Under the pieces are notes generated by a model that did no database searches, was not told where the DNA came from, and saw only the letters and a program-made list of their open reading frames with translations. Position numbers and translations under genes: made by a program. DNA of 64,000 bases from a bacterium (lineage in GTDB: Bacteria; Zhuqueibacterota; Zhuqueibacteria; Residuimicrobiales; Krinioviventaceae), in assembly GCA_963674595.2 (NCBI GenBank), contig CAXXFV010000023.1, positions 800,001 through 864,000 on the forward strand, written 5' to 3'. How positions within the stretch are numbered: the first letter of the stretch is position 1; each line of letters opens with the position of its first letter. Positions 1 to 9,954 of this stretch are shown here, piece by piece.

Positions 1-82
1 AGGGTAGAATCCATCCCTCCCGGCACTAAGACTAAGAATTCGATAACGACAACGACAACGATAGCGACAACGATAATGGAAA

Positions 83-1246
83 TTAGTACAGAAACATAGG
101 TTTCCCCAGGACGCTGGTCACCTTGGGTTTGTATTCTTCCAGATCGTAGAAAGTATCTACATCCACTCTTTTCACACCCTGTGAAACAATATCCAGGTCT
201 TCGTGGGTATAGCGCCCGTCACGAGACGCGACCAGGCGGCCGGTTTCTTCTTTCTGGATCAGTTCAATAGCCAGGCTGCCGAAGTTGGCAGAAACCATAC
301 GGTCCAGCAGATCAGGAGTTCCGCTGCGCATCAGGTACCCCAACCTCTGGTAAATCACCTTGCGGCCGGTCCTGCGGCGGATCTCATCAGCGGTAGCATC
401 CCCGATACCCCCGAGTTTACGCCTGCCAAACTCATCAGCCGGTCCGCTCTGCATGACCTCATCGCCAATCATCCTGGCCCCTTCCGACATGGCTACAAGG
501 GCATAGTTGCTGGGACTCCTGTCCTGGTCTTCCATGAGAAACCTCGACAACAGGTCAGGGTCAAAGGGCACTTCACTGATAATAGCCCTGTCAACGCCGG
601 CCAGGTAGGCTGCAATCAGTGATGTCTCTCCTGAATTCCTGCCAAAAAGCTCTACTACCCCTATTTGTTCATGGGATCCCACCGTAGTTCTGAGCTGGGT
701 TATGTAATCAACACTGCGGCTGACCGCGGTTGAAAAACCAATGCAGTAGTCTGTCCCATGAACATCGTTATCCATGGTCTTAGGAATCGCGACAACCTTG
801 ACTCCCTCAGAATGCATGCGGTGGGCATAACGAAGAGTATCGTCACCCCCTATGATAACCAGGCTATCCAGCTTCAAAGCTTCCAGTACACTCAGGATAT
901 GGGTGCTGCAGTCATACCAGGCCCGATCCTCCTGGTATTCCGATTTCGTTCTCAGGAACATCGGTAAATGCTCCTTTTTCACGCGGGCAGGATTGGTCCT
1001 GGAAGTATGAAGAAAGGTCCCTCCGCTCCTGGCCACAGTCCTTACCAGCTCAGCAGTAAGCTCCATTGTATTTTTTTTAACCGATTCCTCATCGCTGAGG
1101 TCGCAGTTCAGCAAGCCGGCCCAACCCCTTCTAATGCCGACTACCTCATCGCCGTCTTCCAGTGCGCCTTCGACCACAGCCTTAATGCACGGGTTTAATC
1201 CGGGAACATCTCCCCCTCCAGTGAGAATTCCAATTCTTTTTGACAT
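83..1246 (-). CDS. pfkA: 6-phosphofructokinase, probably PPi-dependent type
   Basis: [33 protein letters not shown] and ELFGR motifs. Start taken at MSKRIG (ATG 1246). Confidence 0.9.
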   Translation of the reverse strand: MSKRIGILTGGGDVPGLNPCIKAVVEGALEDGDEVVGIRRGWAGLLNCDLSDEESVKKNTMELTAELVRTVARSGGTFLHTSRTNPARVKKEHLPMFLRTKSEYQEDRAWYDCSTHILSVLEALKLDSLVIIGGDDTLRYAHRMHSEGVKVVAIPKTMDNDVHGTDYCIGFSTAVSRSVDYITQLRTTVGSHEQIGVVELFGRNSGETSLIAAYLAGVDRAIISEVPFDPDLLSRFLMEDQDRSPSNYALVAMSEGARMIGDEVMQSGPADEFGRRKLGGIGDATADEIRRRTGRKVIYQRLGYLMRSGTPDLLDRMVSANFGSLAIELIQKEETGRLVASRDGRYTHEDLDIVSQGVKRVDVDTFYDLEEYKPKVTSVLGKPMFLY

Positions 1247-1553
1247 ATTACTCTCTCTTATCTGCGCCTTCACGCCTCTATATGAATGTATGCTCCAGTG
1301 GCAAACCATTCATGTCAACAGGTTTATCACCTGTATTGATTACAATCCTGGCCAGATCACAGCCGGTTTCCCCAAAATTTATCAACGTTGCTATTCAAAA
1401 AACCAGGCCGCCACTCCACCACATTCTGGTTTTCTGCTATTTCGCCGTCTGCTAGTATATAACCTTATTAAAACCAAGACAAAAATCTTATCTGGGAGTA
1501 ATATATTAAACTGGCAATAAACCAAACATTTAAGTTATAGCGGAGGTTATTCA

Positions 1554-2894
1554 ATGACGAATATTAGTCGAAGAGAATTTGTTGTAAAGTCAGCCGCCAT
1601 GTCGGTAGCAGCTTCAGCTGTTGCGCCGACTATCCTGGCGTCCGACAACTGGAAAGGCGCAAATGACAGGGTCAGGATTGCGGTAGCCGGAATCAGGAGC
1701 AGGGGAAAAGACCATATTGGGGGCTATCAGAAACTCAAAAATGTCGAGGTCGTGGCACTTTGCGATATCGACCAGAGCGTCCTGGATGATAACCTCAAGG
1801 ATTTCCAGAAAGCCGGATGGAAAACACCTGAGACTTACGTGGATATTCGGAAAGTCCTGGAAAATAAAGAAATTGATGCCGTTTCCTTCGCCACTCCCAA
1901 CCACTGGCATTCACTGGGCACTATCTGGGCCTGCCAGGCGGGAAAAGACGTCTATGTCGAAAAACCTGTCTCCCACAATATCTGGGAAGGCCGGAAAATG
2001 GTGGAAGCGGCAAAGAAATACAACAGGATTGTGCAAAGCGGTTTGCAGATACGAAGCAATCCCGGGATGAGAGCCGCGATTGAATACCTGCATGGCGGAC
2101 AGCTCGGTGAAGTATACCTGGCCAAGGGTTTATGCTACAAATGGCGCGATACTATCGGCAAAACCCCGGACGCACCGGTCCCGGCCGGTGTCGATTACGA
2201 CCTGTGGACAGGTCCGGCACCAAAGAGGCCTTTCTCAGAAAACCGTTTTCACTACAACTGGCACTGGAACTGGACATACGGAAATGGAGACATCGGAAAC
2301 CAGGGCGTGCACCAGTTTGACATAGCCCGCTGGGGCCTGGGCATGGACGACCATCCAGTCAAGGTTTCCTCAATGGGTGCCCATGTGATGTTTGACGATG
2401 ACCAGGAAACACCCAACATCCAGCACTCTACCTTTACCTATGATCCCGCATCCGCCGGCGGAAAAGTCAAGACCCTGCAATTCGAAGTACGCCACTGGAT
2501 CACCAATCATGAAGGCGGTATAGGCGAAGGCCCTGACAACACCGTGGGAGTCATCTTCTACGGTTCCGAAGGCTACCTGGTCGTGGATGGTTATGCCAGC
2601 TGGCACGCTGTTCTCGGCAGGGAAAGAAAGCCGGCGGCTTCTGCCAATGTTGAAGGCGATCACTACAAGAATTTTGTTGACGCCGTAAGGTCACGGAATG
2701 CTGGAAACCTTAACTGCAGCATTGAAGAGGGCCACAAAAGTACAGTGCTCTGCCACATGGCCAATGTTTCCTACAGGGTCGGCCGATCACTGGAATTTGA
2801 TCCGGCCAGTGAAAAATTTGTAAACGACGACGAGGCCAACAAACTGCTTTCCCGCGATTACCGGGCGCCTTTTGTTGTTCCCGAAAACGTGTAG
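1554..2894 (+). CDS. Tat-exported Gfo/Idh/MocA family oxidoreductase
   Basis: SRREFV twin-arginine signal, ATPNHWH, YVEKP and GNQGVHQFD motifs; GGAGG RBS upstream. Confidence 0.9.
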   Translation: MTNISRREFVVKSAAMSVAASAVAPTILASDNWKGANDRVRIAVAGIRSRGKDHIGGYQKLKNVEVVALCDIDQSVLDDNLKDFQKAGWKTPETYVDIRKVLENKEIDAVSFATPNHWHSLGTIWACQAGKDVYVEKPVSHNIWEGRKMVEAAKKYNRIVQSGLQIRSNPGMRAAIEYLHGGQLGEVYLAKGLCYKWRDTIGKTPDAPVPAGVDYDLWTGPAPKRPFSENRFHYNWHWNWTYGNGDIGNQGVHQFDIARWGLGMDDHPVKVSSMGAHVMFDDDQETPNIQHSTFTYDPASAGGKVKTLQFEVRHWITNHEGGIGEGPDNTVGVIFYGSEGYLVVDGYASWHAVLGRERKPAASANVEGDHYKNFVDAVRSRNAGNLNCSIEEGHKSTVLCHMANVSYRVGRSLEFDPASEKFVNDDEANKLLSRDYRAPFVVPENV

Positions 2895-2911
2895 GCTGAA
2901 TTAGATTTTTC

Positions 2912-2954
2912 AGGTTCAAGATTCAAGATTTGCAACATCTTGAATCTTGAACCT
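2912..2954. repeat. Perfect 18-bp hairpin built from TTCAAGA heptamers, possible terminator
   Basis: aggttcaagattcaagat-ttgcaac-atcttgaatcttgaacct just downstream of the stop at 2894. Confidence 0.7.
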
Positions 2955-3008
2955 CCAATCTGCCATGTCTGGCCATCGGCCAGTATCAACCTGAATCGTC
3001 AATTTAAA

Positions 3009-3245
3009 TGTGCCGCCCTTCCAGGGCTTTAATGCTACTATTGGGACCATTCTTACCCCAGGTTCGCTGCGCTCACCTGGGGCTCTTCCCTGCCGGGCTT
3101 CCAGCCCTGAATATCCAGCCGCATCAGTCCCGGAGGGACGGCATGCCTTAGCCCTGGTTGACCCGACAGAGCTCGAAGAGCGAAGGAGGCGAGCCCAGGG
3201 TAAAAAATTCCCCTCACCAGAAAGAGCACTGGAAGCGCGACACCA
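3009..3245. repeat. Pair of oppositely oriented long REP-like palindromic elements
   Basis: tgtgccgcccttccagggct...ccccagg...cctggggct...gggcttccagccctgaa followed by an inverted degenerate copy. Same family as 6211, 10783, 11032, 53527 and 53708. Confidence 0.75.
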
Positions 3246-3344
3246 GAAATGCGAATGCCGAATGTCCTGCTGACTGACCCGAGCATCTATTTCATAAGCT
3301 GGGAGCTTATGCCACGGTCAAAATCGTCAATCGTCAATTAATTG

Positions 3345-4493
3345 TCATCCCAGTTCCGGAATATCCACCCAGGAGCGTTTCTGCCAGGATTCAAAACCCT
3401 TTTCAGCCAGCTGAACTCCTTTCGCGCCTTCCAGTAAATCCCAGGGAAAAGGTTCACCCATCAGTACATGCCGCAGGTACAGTTTCCACTGGGCTTTAAA
3501 TGCGTTTTCAGAAGCCTCCCCTTCAGAGGCCTTTATCCAGTCGTCAAAATAATTCAGGGGACTTTCCACATCCGGATTCCAGACCGGCCGGGGCGTAGTC
3601 TCGGCTGTCTGCAGCCTGCATTCGCGCAGGGTGGCTACAGCTGAGCCTCCAGTGCCGTCCACCTGGATAGTCAACAGGTCATCCCTCCTCACCCTTACGG
3701 CCCAGGAAGAATTAAAGCTGACCAGGACCCCGTTCCGCAATTCGAATGAACCATAAGCGGCATCTTCCGCCGTGCAGTCGTAGCGGTTTCCATCCTCATC
3801 CCACCGCACCGGGATATGGGTGGCAGCAATGCAGCTTACCGACTTGATATTTCCAAAAAGATTGTCGATAACATATCTCCAGTGGGGAAACATATCCAGG
3901 ATGATGCCGCCGCCGTCTTCTTTCCGGTAATTCCATGAAGGCCTCTGGCAGGGGACAGTGTCTCCTTCAAAAACCCAGTAGCCGAATTCTCCCCTTACTG
4001 AAAGAATCCTGCCTAAAGCCTTTTTATCCAGGAGGGATTTCAGTTTCAGCAGACCCGGCAGCCAGAGTTTATCCTGCACGACACCCTGCTTGACTCCGGC
4101 TTCCCTGGCTAACCGGTATAGTTCGACCGCATCCTCCGTGTTGAGGGCGGTAGGCTTTTCGCAGTAAATATGTTTTCCGGCAGCAATGGCCTTTTTCACT
4201 GCTCCCACCCTTAAACCCGTAGTCTGGGAGTCAAAATAAATTTCGCAGTCTTCCCTTTCCAGGGCTTCATCCAGGCTGGCAGTCCAGTCCTTAACTCCAT
4301 ATTCTTCTGATATTTTTTTGAGTTTGTCCGGATTCCTGCCGACCAGCACGGGACGCGGAATAACAAACTCACCGGGTGACACCTCGATCCCGCCTTCCGC
4401 GGCTATGGCCAAAAGAGACCTTTCCAGGTGCTGGTTCTTCCCCATGCGCCCCGTGACTCCATTTAATATGATTCCGATTTCCCTTTTTTTCAT
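3345..4493 (-). CDS. Gfo/Idh/MocA family oxidoreductase (cytoplasmic)
   Basis: NGVTGRMG Rossmann motif, HIYCEKP, GGGIILDMFPHW. Confidence 0.9.
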   Translation of the reverse strand: MKKREIGIILNGVTGRMGKNQHLERSLLAIAAEGGIEVSPGEFVIPRPVLVGRNPDKLKKISEEYGVKDWTASLDEALEREDCEIYFDSQTTGLRVGAVKKAIAAGKHIYCEKPTALNTEDAVELYRLAREAGVKQGVVQDKLWLPGLLKLKSLLDKKALGRILSVRGEFGYWVFEGDTVPCQRPSWNYRKEDGGGIILDMFPHWRYVIDNLFGNIKSVSCIAATHIPVRWDEDGNRYDCTAEDAAYGSFELRNGVLVSFNSSWAVRVRRDDLLTIQVDGTGGSAVATLRECRLQTAETTPRPVWNPDVESPLNYFDDWIKASEGEASENAFKAQWKLYLRHVLMGEPFPWDLLEGAKGVQLAEKGFESWQKRSWVDIPELG

Positions 4494-4545
4494 GTTTCCT
4501 TCCCAGAAAAATGTATCCCTTAAGACTCAATTCCATTATCTAAAA

Positions 4546-4986
4546 TCAGGCTTTAGTGCACTGCGGCCAGGCTCCTTCAGGCAGCGGGGGAACATCCTTG
4601 CCAGCCACAGGAAGCGTTCCGCTCAGCTCCTGTTTCCAGTGAGCCACATCTCCGGCCGGGCCGTAACAGTAAATCATTAGCATTGGTTCATCACCGGTAT
4701 TTGTCAACTGGTGAAACACGCCGCTGGGCACGTAGACAGCCTGCTTTTCCCTGATGATTTCCATTTCTTCACCGAGGCAGAACTGCCCTTCCCCCTGGAT
4801 AATAAAATATACTTCTTCCTGATCATGGTCATGCCAGGGCACCTGGCCTCCCCGGGGTTCCAGGGTCACGTATCCCATGCTGAAAGCTTCAGCCTGGATA
4901 GGGGACTGCCCTCCAGACAGGTTCTGGGTTTTCCTCCGTGCCGGGTAGGTCCGTCCTTCAATTTCTCTCAAGTCCACAATCTTCAT
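4546..4986 (-). CDS. Cupin domain protein
   Basis: PWHDHDQEEVYFI and VPSGVFHQLTN cupin metal-binding motifs. Confidence 0.9.
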   Translation of the reverse strand: MKIVDLREIEGRTYPARRKTQNLSGGQSPIQAEAFSMGYVTLEPRGGQVPWHDHDQEEVYFIIQGEGQFCLGEEMEIIREKQAVYVPSGVFHQLTNTGDEPMLMIYCYGPAGDVAHWKQELSGTLPVAGKDVPPLPEGAWPQCTKA

Positions 4987-5011
4987 AACTCACTTTTTCC
5001 TTTTATTAATA

Positions 5012-5830
5012 TCAGCCTTCGAGTATGCCCTGCAGGTAACCAATGGCCCGGGCGGCCTGGCTCCGTCCATCCGGAAAGTAATCAAAAGGTTCTACGGCTA
5101 AAACACCCTGGTAATTATTATCCTCCAGGGCAGACAAAATCCTCCTGAACTCCAGTTTCCCCTGTCCCGGAGCTCTCAGGCAGGGATCGTTCAGGTGTAC
5201 GTGCCGTATCATGCCATTAGGGACCCATTTATTTATCAGTTCAGGGACAGACTCTTTTTCCGCGCCCGAAGCAGCCTTGGTATCCAGCATGGTCCTGAAA
5301 AACGGACTGCCCACTTTTTCAACCAGTTCCGCGGCCTCGGCAATTGTATTTATGAAATTAGTCTCCTTTTCAGTCAGGGGTTCAATACAATAAATCACTC
5401 CGGCTTTCCCGGCCTCCTCAGCCACCCGGGAAAAAAGCTCGGCAGCCCTTATCATGGCAGATTCCCTGTCTCCTGAAAAAGTCCGCTGTCCGGGAGAGCC
5501 GTGCACCAGGGTTCTTCCCCCCAGGTCGGCACAGAGTTTAACCAGGCCCAGCATCACTTCCAGGGTTCTTTTCCTGACTTCACGGTCAGGAGAAGTTATT
5601 GATAAACCTTCGGGCACCAGCAGCAGCCAGTGCAGGCTGGTTATTTCGATCCCGTATTTTTCGGCTGTCCGCCTGATTAACAACCTTTCCTCCGCCGGGA
5701 TCAGGTGGGGATTGCCAGACAGGGTAAAGGGAGCCAACTCCAGGCCCGCGTATCCAATTTCAGAAGAAAACCTGCACTGTTCCTCAATATCTAAATCCCT
5801 GATTACTTCGTTGCAGAGAGAAAATTTCAT
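5012..5830 (-). CDS. Sugar phosphate isomerase/epimerase (xylose-isomerase-like TIM barrel)
   Basis: GLELAPF, IEPL...ETNFIN, HVHLND and VEPF motifs. Start taken at MKFSLCNE. Confidence 0.85.
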   Translation of the reverse strand: MKFSLCNEVIRDLDIEEQCRFSSEIGYAGLELAPFTLSGNPHLIPAEERLLIRRTAEKYGIEITSLHWLLLVPEGLSITSPDREVRKRTLEVMLGLVKLCADLGGRTLVHGSPGQRTFSGDRESAMIRAAELFSRVAEEAGKAGVIYCIEPLTEKETNFINTIAEAAELVEKVGSPFFRTMLDTKAASGAEKESVPELINKWVPNGMIRHVHLNDPCLRAPGQGKLEFRRILSALEDNNYQGVLAVEPFDYFPDGRSQAARAIGYLQGILEG

Positions 5831-6210
5831 AACTGAAATACTACCACGCCGGCAGAGGTCAAAACCATCATTCATCATCGACCATGTAACCTATGATTCC
5901 AAGGGGATACTTACCTTGGAAACCAAGGCATCTCAAGAAGGACGCTACTTCCAAGACTTTTACACATTTTCCGGAAAAAACTTTGGATTTGATTTTTAGT
6001 GCTTAAGATTTTCCCGCCTTCATGCGGGGATTTGCGAATGTCGCGATAAACCGGAATGTAGTGGAAAATGAAAGAGTCCTGCAGGAAAGGAGTAGCTAAA
6101 CATTAAATCTTAAATCTCAATAGTGTCCATGCCTGAATTCCCATAGGACGTCTCAGCACCGGAGGCACCGTAACTGAGAACTGAGATGTGAGAAGTTCGA
6201 AGTGGTGGTG

Positions 6211-6325
6211 TTCAGCACCGGAGGTGCGGCAGGTAATAACCCAGGCTGATCCCGGACCGAAGGTTCGGGAGAGCCCTGGGTAGGAGCATGTGGCCAGGTG
6301 AAGGAGCTCTGGAAGGGCGGCACAG
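6211..6325 (-). repeat. Long REP-like palindromic element
   Basis: ttcagcaccggaggtgc...acccagg...ccctgggt...gagctctggaagggcggcaca, which resembles the reverse complement of the 3009 and 11032 copies. Confidence 0.7.
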
Positions 6326-6433
6326 GAATCAAAGTCTTGCGCGGATAGCAATATAAGGAGTGTTATCATCTGGTTCTGGTGATAAAATTATAATAATCAA
6401 GAACTTAAATCCTGGTGGAACAAGGAGCAGAAT

Positions 6434-6940
6434 ATGAACAGCACGTGCAGAGCTGCAATAGTTATCATGATGGTGATGATCCTTATGAACCCAGCCCTCC
6501 TGGCCTGGGGCAGTCCTGTTCCCGGCCGATGGGAAAAAGTTGCAGAAACTAAGCCATGGGACAAAATAACTGTTTACACAAAAGACGGAGTTGAGCGAAC
6601 CCTCAGATATAAGGCCATTAATGACCAATTCCTTACCTGTTCCGACCAGGATAACACCGCTATTCAAATTGAAAAGGTCTTCATAGATAAGATAATTCTC
6701 CATAGAGCCGGATCATTTGCAAAAAAATGGGCAATCTGGGGTGCTGTGGGCGGAACCATTGGCGGGGCAATTTTTAGTCAAGGCCTCGATTTTGTTCCAT
6801 CGGGTCAGGTAATGGTGGCAGGTATAGGTGCCTGCCTCGGTGCTCTTGGAGCTGGTTTAGCAGGAGGTACTGTTGCTTCACTTGGAGGACCCATTTACAT
6901 TTCAAAAGAGGCGGCGCTGGCAAGAGCGGCAAAGGATTAA
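6434..6940 (+). CDS. Exported/membrane hypothetical protein with C-terminal glycine zipper (paralog 1)
   Basis: Signal-like N-terminus, PVPGRWEKVAETK, GxxxG-rich hydrophobic helices, IYISKEAALA end; AAGGAG RBS. Confidence 0.8.
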   Translation: MNSTCRAAIVIMMVMILMNPALLAWGSPVPGRWEKVAETKPWDKITVYTKDGVERTLRYKAINDQFLTCSDQDNTAIQIEKVFIDKIILHRAGSFAKKWAIWGAVGGTIGGAIFSQGLDFVPSGQVMVAGIGACLGALGAGLAGGTVASLGGPIYISKEAALARAAKD

Positions 6941-6944
6941 CACT

Positions 6945-7436
6945 ATGAATAATAACTACAAAGCAGCAGTGGCAGCAGTCGTGGTTATGATCCTTATGGT
7001 CAATCCAACTCTCCTTTTTGCAGGCAATCCGATTCCAGGAAGATGGGAAAAGGTTGCGGAGACTAAGACAGGGGAGCAAATCAATGTACTTATGAAGAGT
7101 GGTATTACGCATAAATGTCGATACGTGTCAACGAATGAAGAATTTCTAATCTGTTCCATTAAAAACACAGACAACCTTCAACTTGATTTGGTATCGATCG
7201 ACAAAATTGTCGTCCCGAAGGCAGGAAAGTATGCGGCATATGGTGCGCTTTTAGGAGCCGTAGGCGGACTTGGAGCATCTGCCCTACTAGTTGGTGGCGC
7301 GGATGCTACTACATCAACTGGGGGATTCATCAGCTTTATGGCTGTCTGTGCCGGTTTAGGGATCGCCGTGGGTGCTGGAATAGGTGGATCCGGCGAAACC
7401 ATCTATATTTCAAAAGAAGCGGCACTGGCAAAATAG
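6945..7436 (+). CDS. Exported/membrane hypothetical protein with C-terminal glycine zipper (paralog 2)
   Basis: Shares PIPGRWEKVAETK and IYISKEAALA with paralog 1; ATG 4 bp after the paralog 1 stop. Confidence 0.8.
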   Translation: MNNNYKAAVAAVVVMILMVNPTLLFAGNPIPGRWEKVAETKTGEQINVLMKSGITHKCRYVSTNEEFLICSIKNTDNLQLDLVSIDKIVVPKAGKYAAYGALLGAVGGLGASALLVGGADATTSTGGFISFMAVCAGLGIAVGAGIGGSGETIYISKEAALAK

Positions 7437-7679
7437 CATCATGATCCAAAACTTCTTCTGGCCTTTGGATACCCATCCAGCTACACCTGAACCTGCCCTC
7501 GTCTCCAAGGCCATGGGAAATACCAGGGAAGCCTCAGGAGACATATCCTGCTGTCCAGGGATGGCCTTTCACGTCCTTGTTGATTTTATTATCTGAGGTA
7601 TAGGGAAAAAGTGATTCCATCATCTAATTTCAGTGGTAAAATTTAAACTTAGCTGATACTTAATACAGTGGAGGCAGTA

Positions 7680-8288
7680 ATGAAAAAGATTATCTTTTGC
7701 CTGTTTAGCATCCTTGTTACTGGAACAATGGCCCATGGTGGAGACGGGCCCTTTGGTCTTGAAATGGGTATGAGCCTGGAGGAAGTAACAACTGTGTTGG
7801 GTGAAGCTCCGACCCCATACCCGCAAGTAGGGGAAAAGACACTTCCTCACGGATACAAAGTCTGTGCCGCTAAAACACCTCCCGAGCTCGAATCGTTCAT
7901 CCTGACCATCACTCCCAAAACCGGCTTATGCGAGATTTATCTCCGAACAGGCAATTTTTCCAAAATGCCTGCAGATATGAATAGTCCTGATCCAAGGGAT
8001 GTTTATCCAAAACTGGTGGATATGGTTTCTTCTAATTATGGAGATCCAGTTAAGGGAGCAGAAATCCCGGAAGGAGAGGATCTGTTTGAAGGGGAACCTC
8101 TCGACCTGTCAACAGTCTGGAAACCTGGCAAAAATGGAATTGAAAGCATTACCCTGGGTTGGGTTCCGACGTCAGAAGCAGGCAGCAATATGAATATATT
8201 GTATGTTTTCAACAATAGGGCTATGGCCATTGAGGAATACCGGCAGAAGGACTTTCTCTCTGATATAGAAAAAGAAGTTAAGCCATGA
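7680..8288 (+). CDS. Exported hypothetical protein
   Basis: MKKIIFCLFSILVTGTMAHG signal peptide, GGAGG RBS, GPFGLEMGMS start of the mature domain. Confidence 0.75.
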   Translation: MKKIIFCLFSILVTGTMAHGGDGPFGLEMGMSLEEVTTVLGEAPTPYPQVGEKTLPHGYKVCAAKTPPELESFILTITPKTGLCEIYLRTGNFSKMPADMNSPDPRDVYPKLVDMVSSNYGDPVKGAEIPEGEDLFEGEPLDLSTVWKPGKNGIESITLGWVPTSEAGSNMNILYVFNNRAMAIEEYRQKDFLSDIEKEVKP

Positions 8289-8379
8289 GATAAAGCCTTA
8301 TCCCTTTCTTGCTGATCCACGCGCGCTCCAGTACCTATTAGTCCTGCGAAGATCATATCCCCTTCGCTGAATTCAGGGG

Positions 8380-8471
8380 GAAATCCGAAGCACTAAATCC
8401 GAAATCCGAAAAGGATTTTCAGCCGGCAGAAATCTCACATATGTAACCTTCGGATTTCGAGTTTCGGATTT
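8380..8471. repeat. Inverted AAATCCG heptamer arrays
   Basis: aaatccgaagcactaaatccgaaatccgaa ... ttcggatttcgagtttcggattt. A related array lies at about 14300-14365. Confidence 0.65.
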
Positions 8472-8568
8472 ATAATTTTCCGCCGGAGGCGGACGAAATT
8501 CCCGGTTCAGAATCTCAAATGCGGATTTTCCCCCTTTTTTTTATAAATCCGGAGTTTATAATGTTGCT

Positions 8569-9954
8569 ATGATCGATATTGATAATAAGCTTACCCCCCG
8601 GGACCTTGCCCCGCTGTTCCCGGGCTTCTGGGAGTGTTCCGGCGACAAGCTGCGCTCCATAGAAGATAACTTCGATTTTACAAAAGGCTCTCCGGTTTTC
8701 ACTGTCAAGGGAGCCTACACAACCCGGGGCTGGACCGACTGGACCATGGGATTCCTTTATGGATCGGCCCTGCTGCAGTTTGAAGCTGCCAGGGACCGGG
8801 AATTCCTGGACATGGGGATTAAAGGTATCCTGGAAAAAATGCCGCCCCACCTCACCCACACCGGGGTACATGACCACGGATTCAACAATGTAAGCACCTA
8901 TGGAAACCTGCGGCGCCTGCTGAGAAACGGGATCCTGCCCGAAAACGAATGGCAGCTGAGATTCGCGGAACTGGCCCTGAAATGCTCCGCCTCCGTGCAG
9001 GCAGCACGCTGGACATCAACCGGGCCACTGGGTTTTATCTACTCTTTTAACGGGCCCCATTCCCTCTTCGTGGACACCATCCGAACCCTGAGAGTACTGG
9101 CCCTGGGGTGGATACTCGGCCATCGTCTTTACGGTGAGAATGACCGGCAGATATCACTCCTGGAAAGACTGGTCTCTCATGCCAGGATGACTGCCCTCTA
9201 TTCAGTTTTCTACGGGGAAGGCAGAGATTTGTACGACACCAGGGGGCGGGTTGCCCATGAATGTATTTTCAACACGAATGATGGAAACTTCAGGTGTACC
9301 AGTTCTCAGCAGGGTTATTCAAACCATTCCACCTGGACCCGGGGCCTGGCCTGGGCCATCACCGGCTTTTCAGAAATTCTCGAGTTTTTACAGATTGTCC
9401 CTGCAGAAGAATTGTCAGATATCGGGGAAAAAGTGGGAATTGAAAGCCTAATGCTGAAAGCCGCCCTGGCTACCGGCGATTTCTATATCAATTTTACCCC
9501 TGCTGACGGAATTCCCTACTGGGATACCGGCGCCCCCGGCCTGCATAACATCGAAAACTACCTCGATAAAGCTGCTGATCCATTCAATAAATTTGAGCCT
9601 GTGGATTCCTCCTCCGCGGCCATTGCCGCCCAGGGCCTGCTCCGGCTCGGCAGGTATGTCAAACTGAAAGGGCTGAGTGAATTGGGGGACAAATACCGGC
9701 AAGCCGGACTGAAAGTAACCAGCACGCTGCTCCGGGAACCATATTTGTCCAAAAATAAGGACCACCAGGGCCTGATCCTCCATTCCACCTACCACCGCCC
9801 CAATAACTGGGATTACATCCCTGAAGGACAATCGGTGCCCTGCGGCGAATCCAGTATGTGGGGCGATTACCATGCCAGGGAACTTGTTATGTACCTGGAA
9901 CATATGCTCAGGGGTTCAAACATGACATTCTGGGGAGAAGAGACTTATGGGTAA
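8569..9954 (+). CDS. GH88-like (unsaturated glucuronyl hydrolase-like) alpha/alpha-barrel protein
   Basis: HDHGF, QGYS..STWTRGLAWA, DGIPYWD, DSSSAAIAA and WGDYH motifs. Confidence 0.8.
   Translation: MIDIDNKLTPRDLAPLFPGFWECSGDKLRSIEDNFDFTKGSPVFTVKGAYTTRGWTDWTMGFLYGSALLQFEAARDREFLDMGIKGILEKMPPHLTHTGVHDHGFNNVSTYGNLRRLLRNGILPENEWQLRFAELALKCSASVQAARWTSTGPLGFIYSFNGPHSLFVDTIRTLRVLALGWILGHRLYGENDRQISLLERLVSHARMTALYSVFYGEGRDLYDTRGRVAHECIFNTNDGNFRCTSSQQGYSNHSTWTRGLAWAITGFSEILEFLQIVPAEELSDIGEKVGIESLMLKAALATGDFYINFTPADGIPYWDTGAPGLHNIENYLDKAADPFNKFEPVDSSSAAIAAQGLLRLGRYVKLKGLSELGDKYRQAGLKVTSTLLREPYLSKNKDHQGLILHSTYHRPNNWDYIPEGQSVPCGESSMWGDYHARELVMYLEHMLRGSNMTFWGEETYG

Noticed and set aside
3010-3286. Short ORFs over the palindromic elements (also 6103-6369, 10660-10905, 11033-11314, 53454-53774)
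   Set aside because: They are translations of REP-like repeats with no protein-family signal.
6060-6330. Possible riboswitch or structured ncRNA upstream of the glycine-zipper genes
   Set aside because: The structured part is explained by the REP-like family, and no known riboswitch consensus was recognised.
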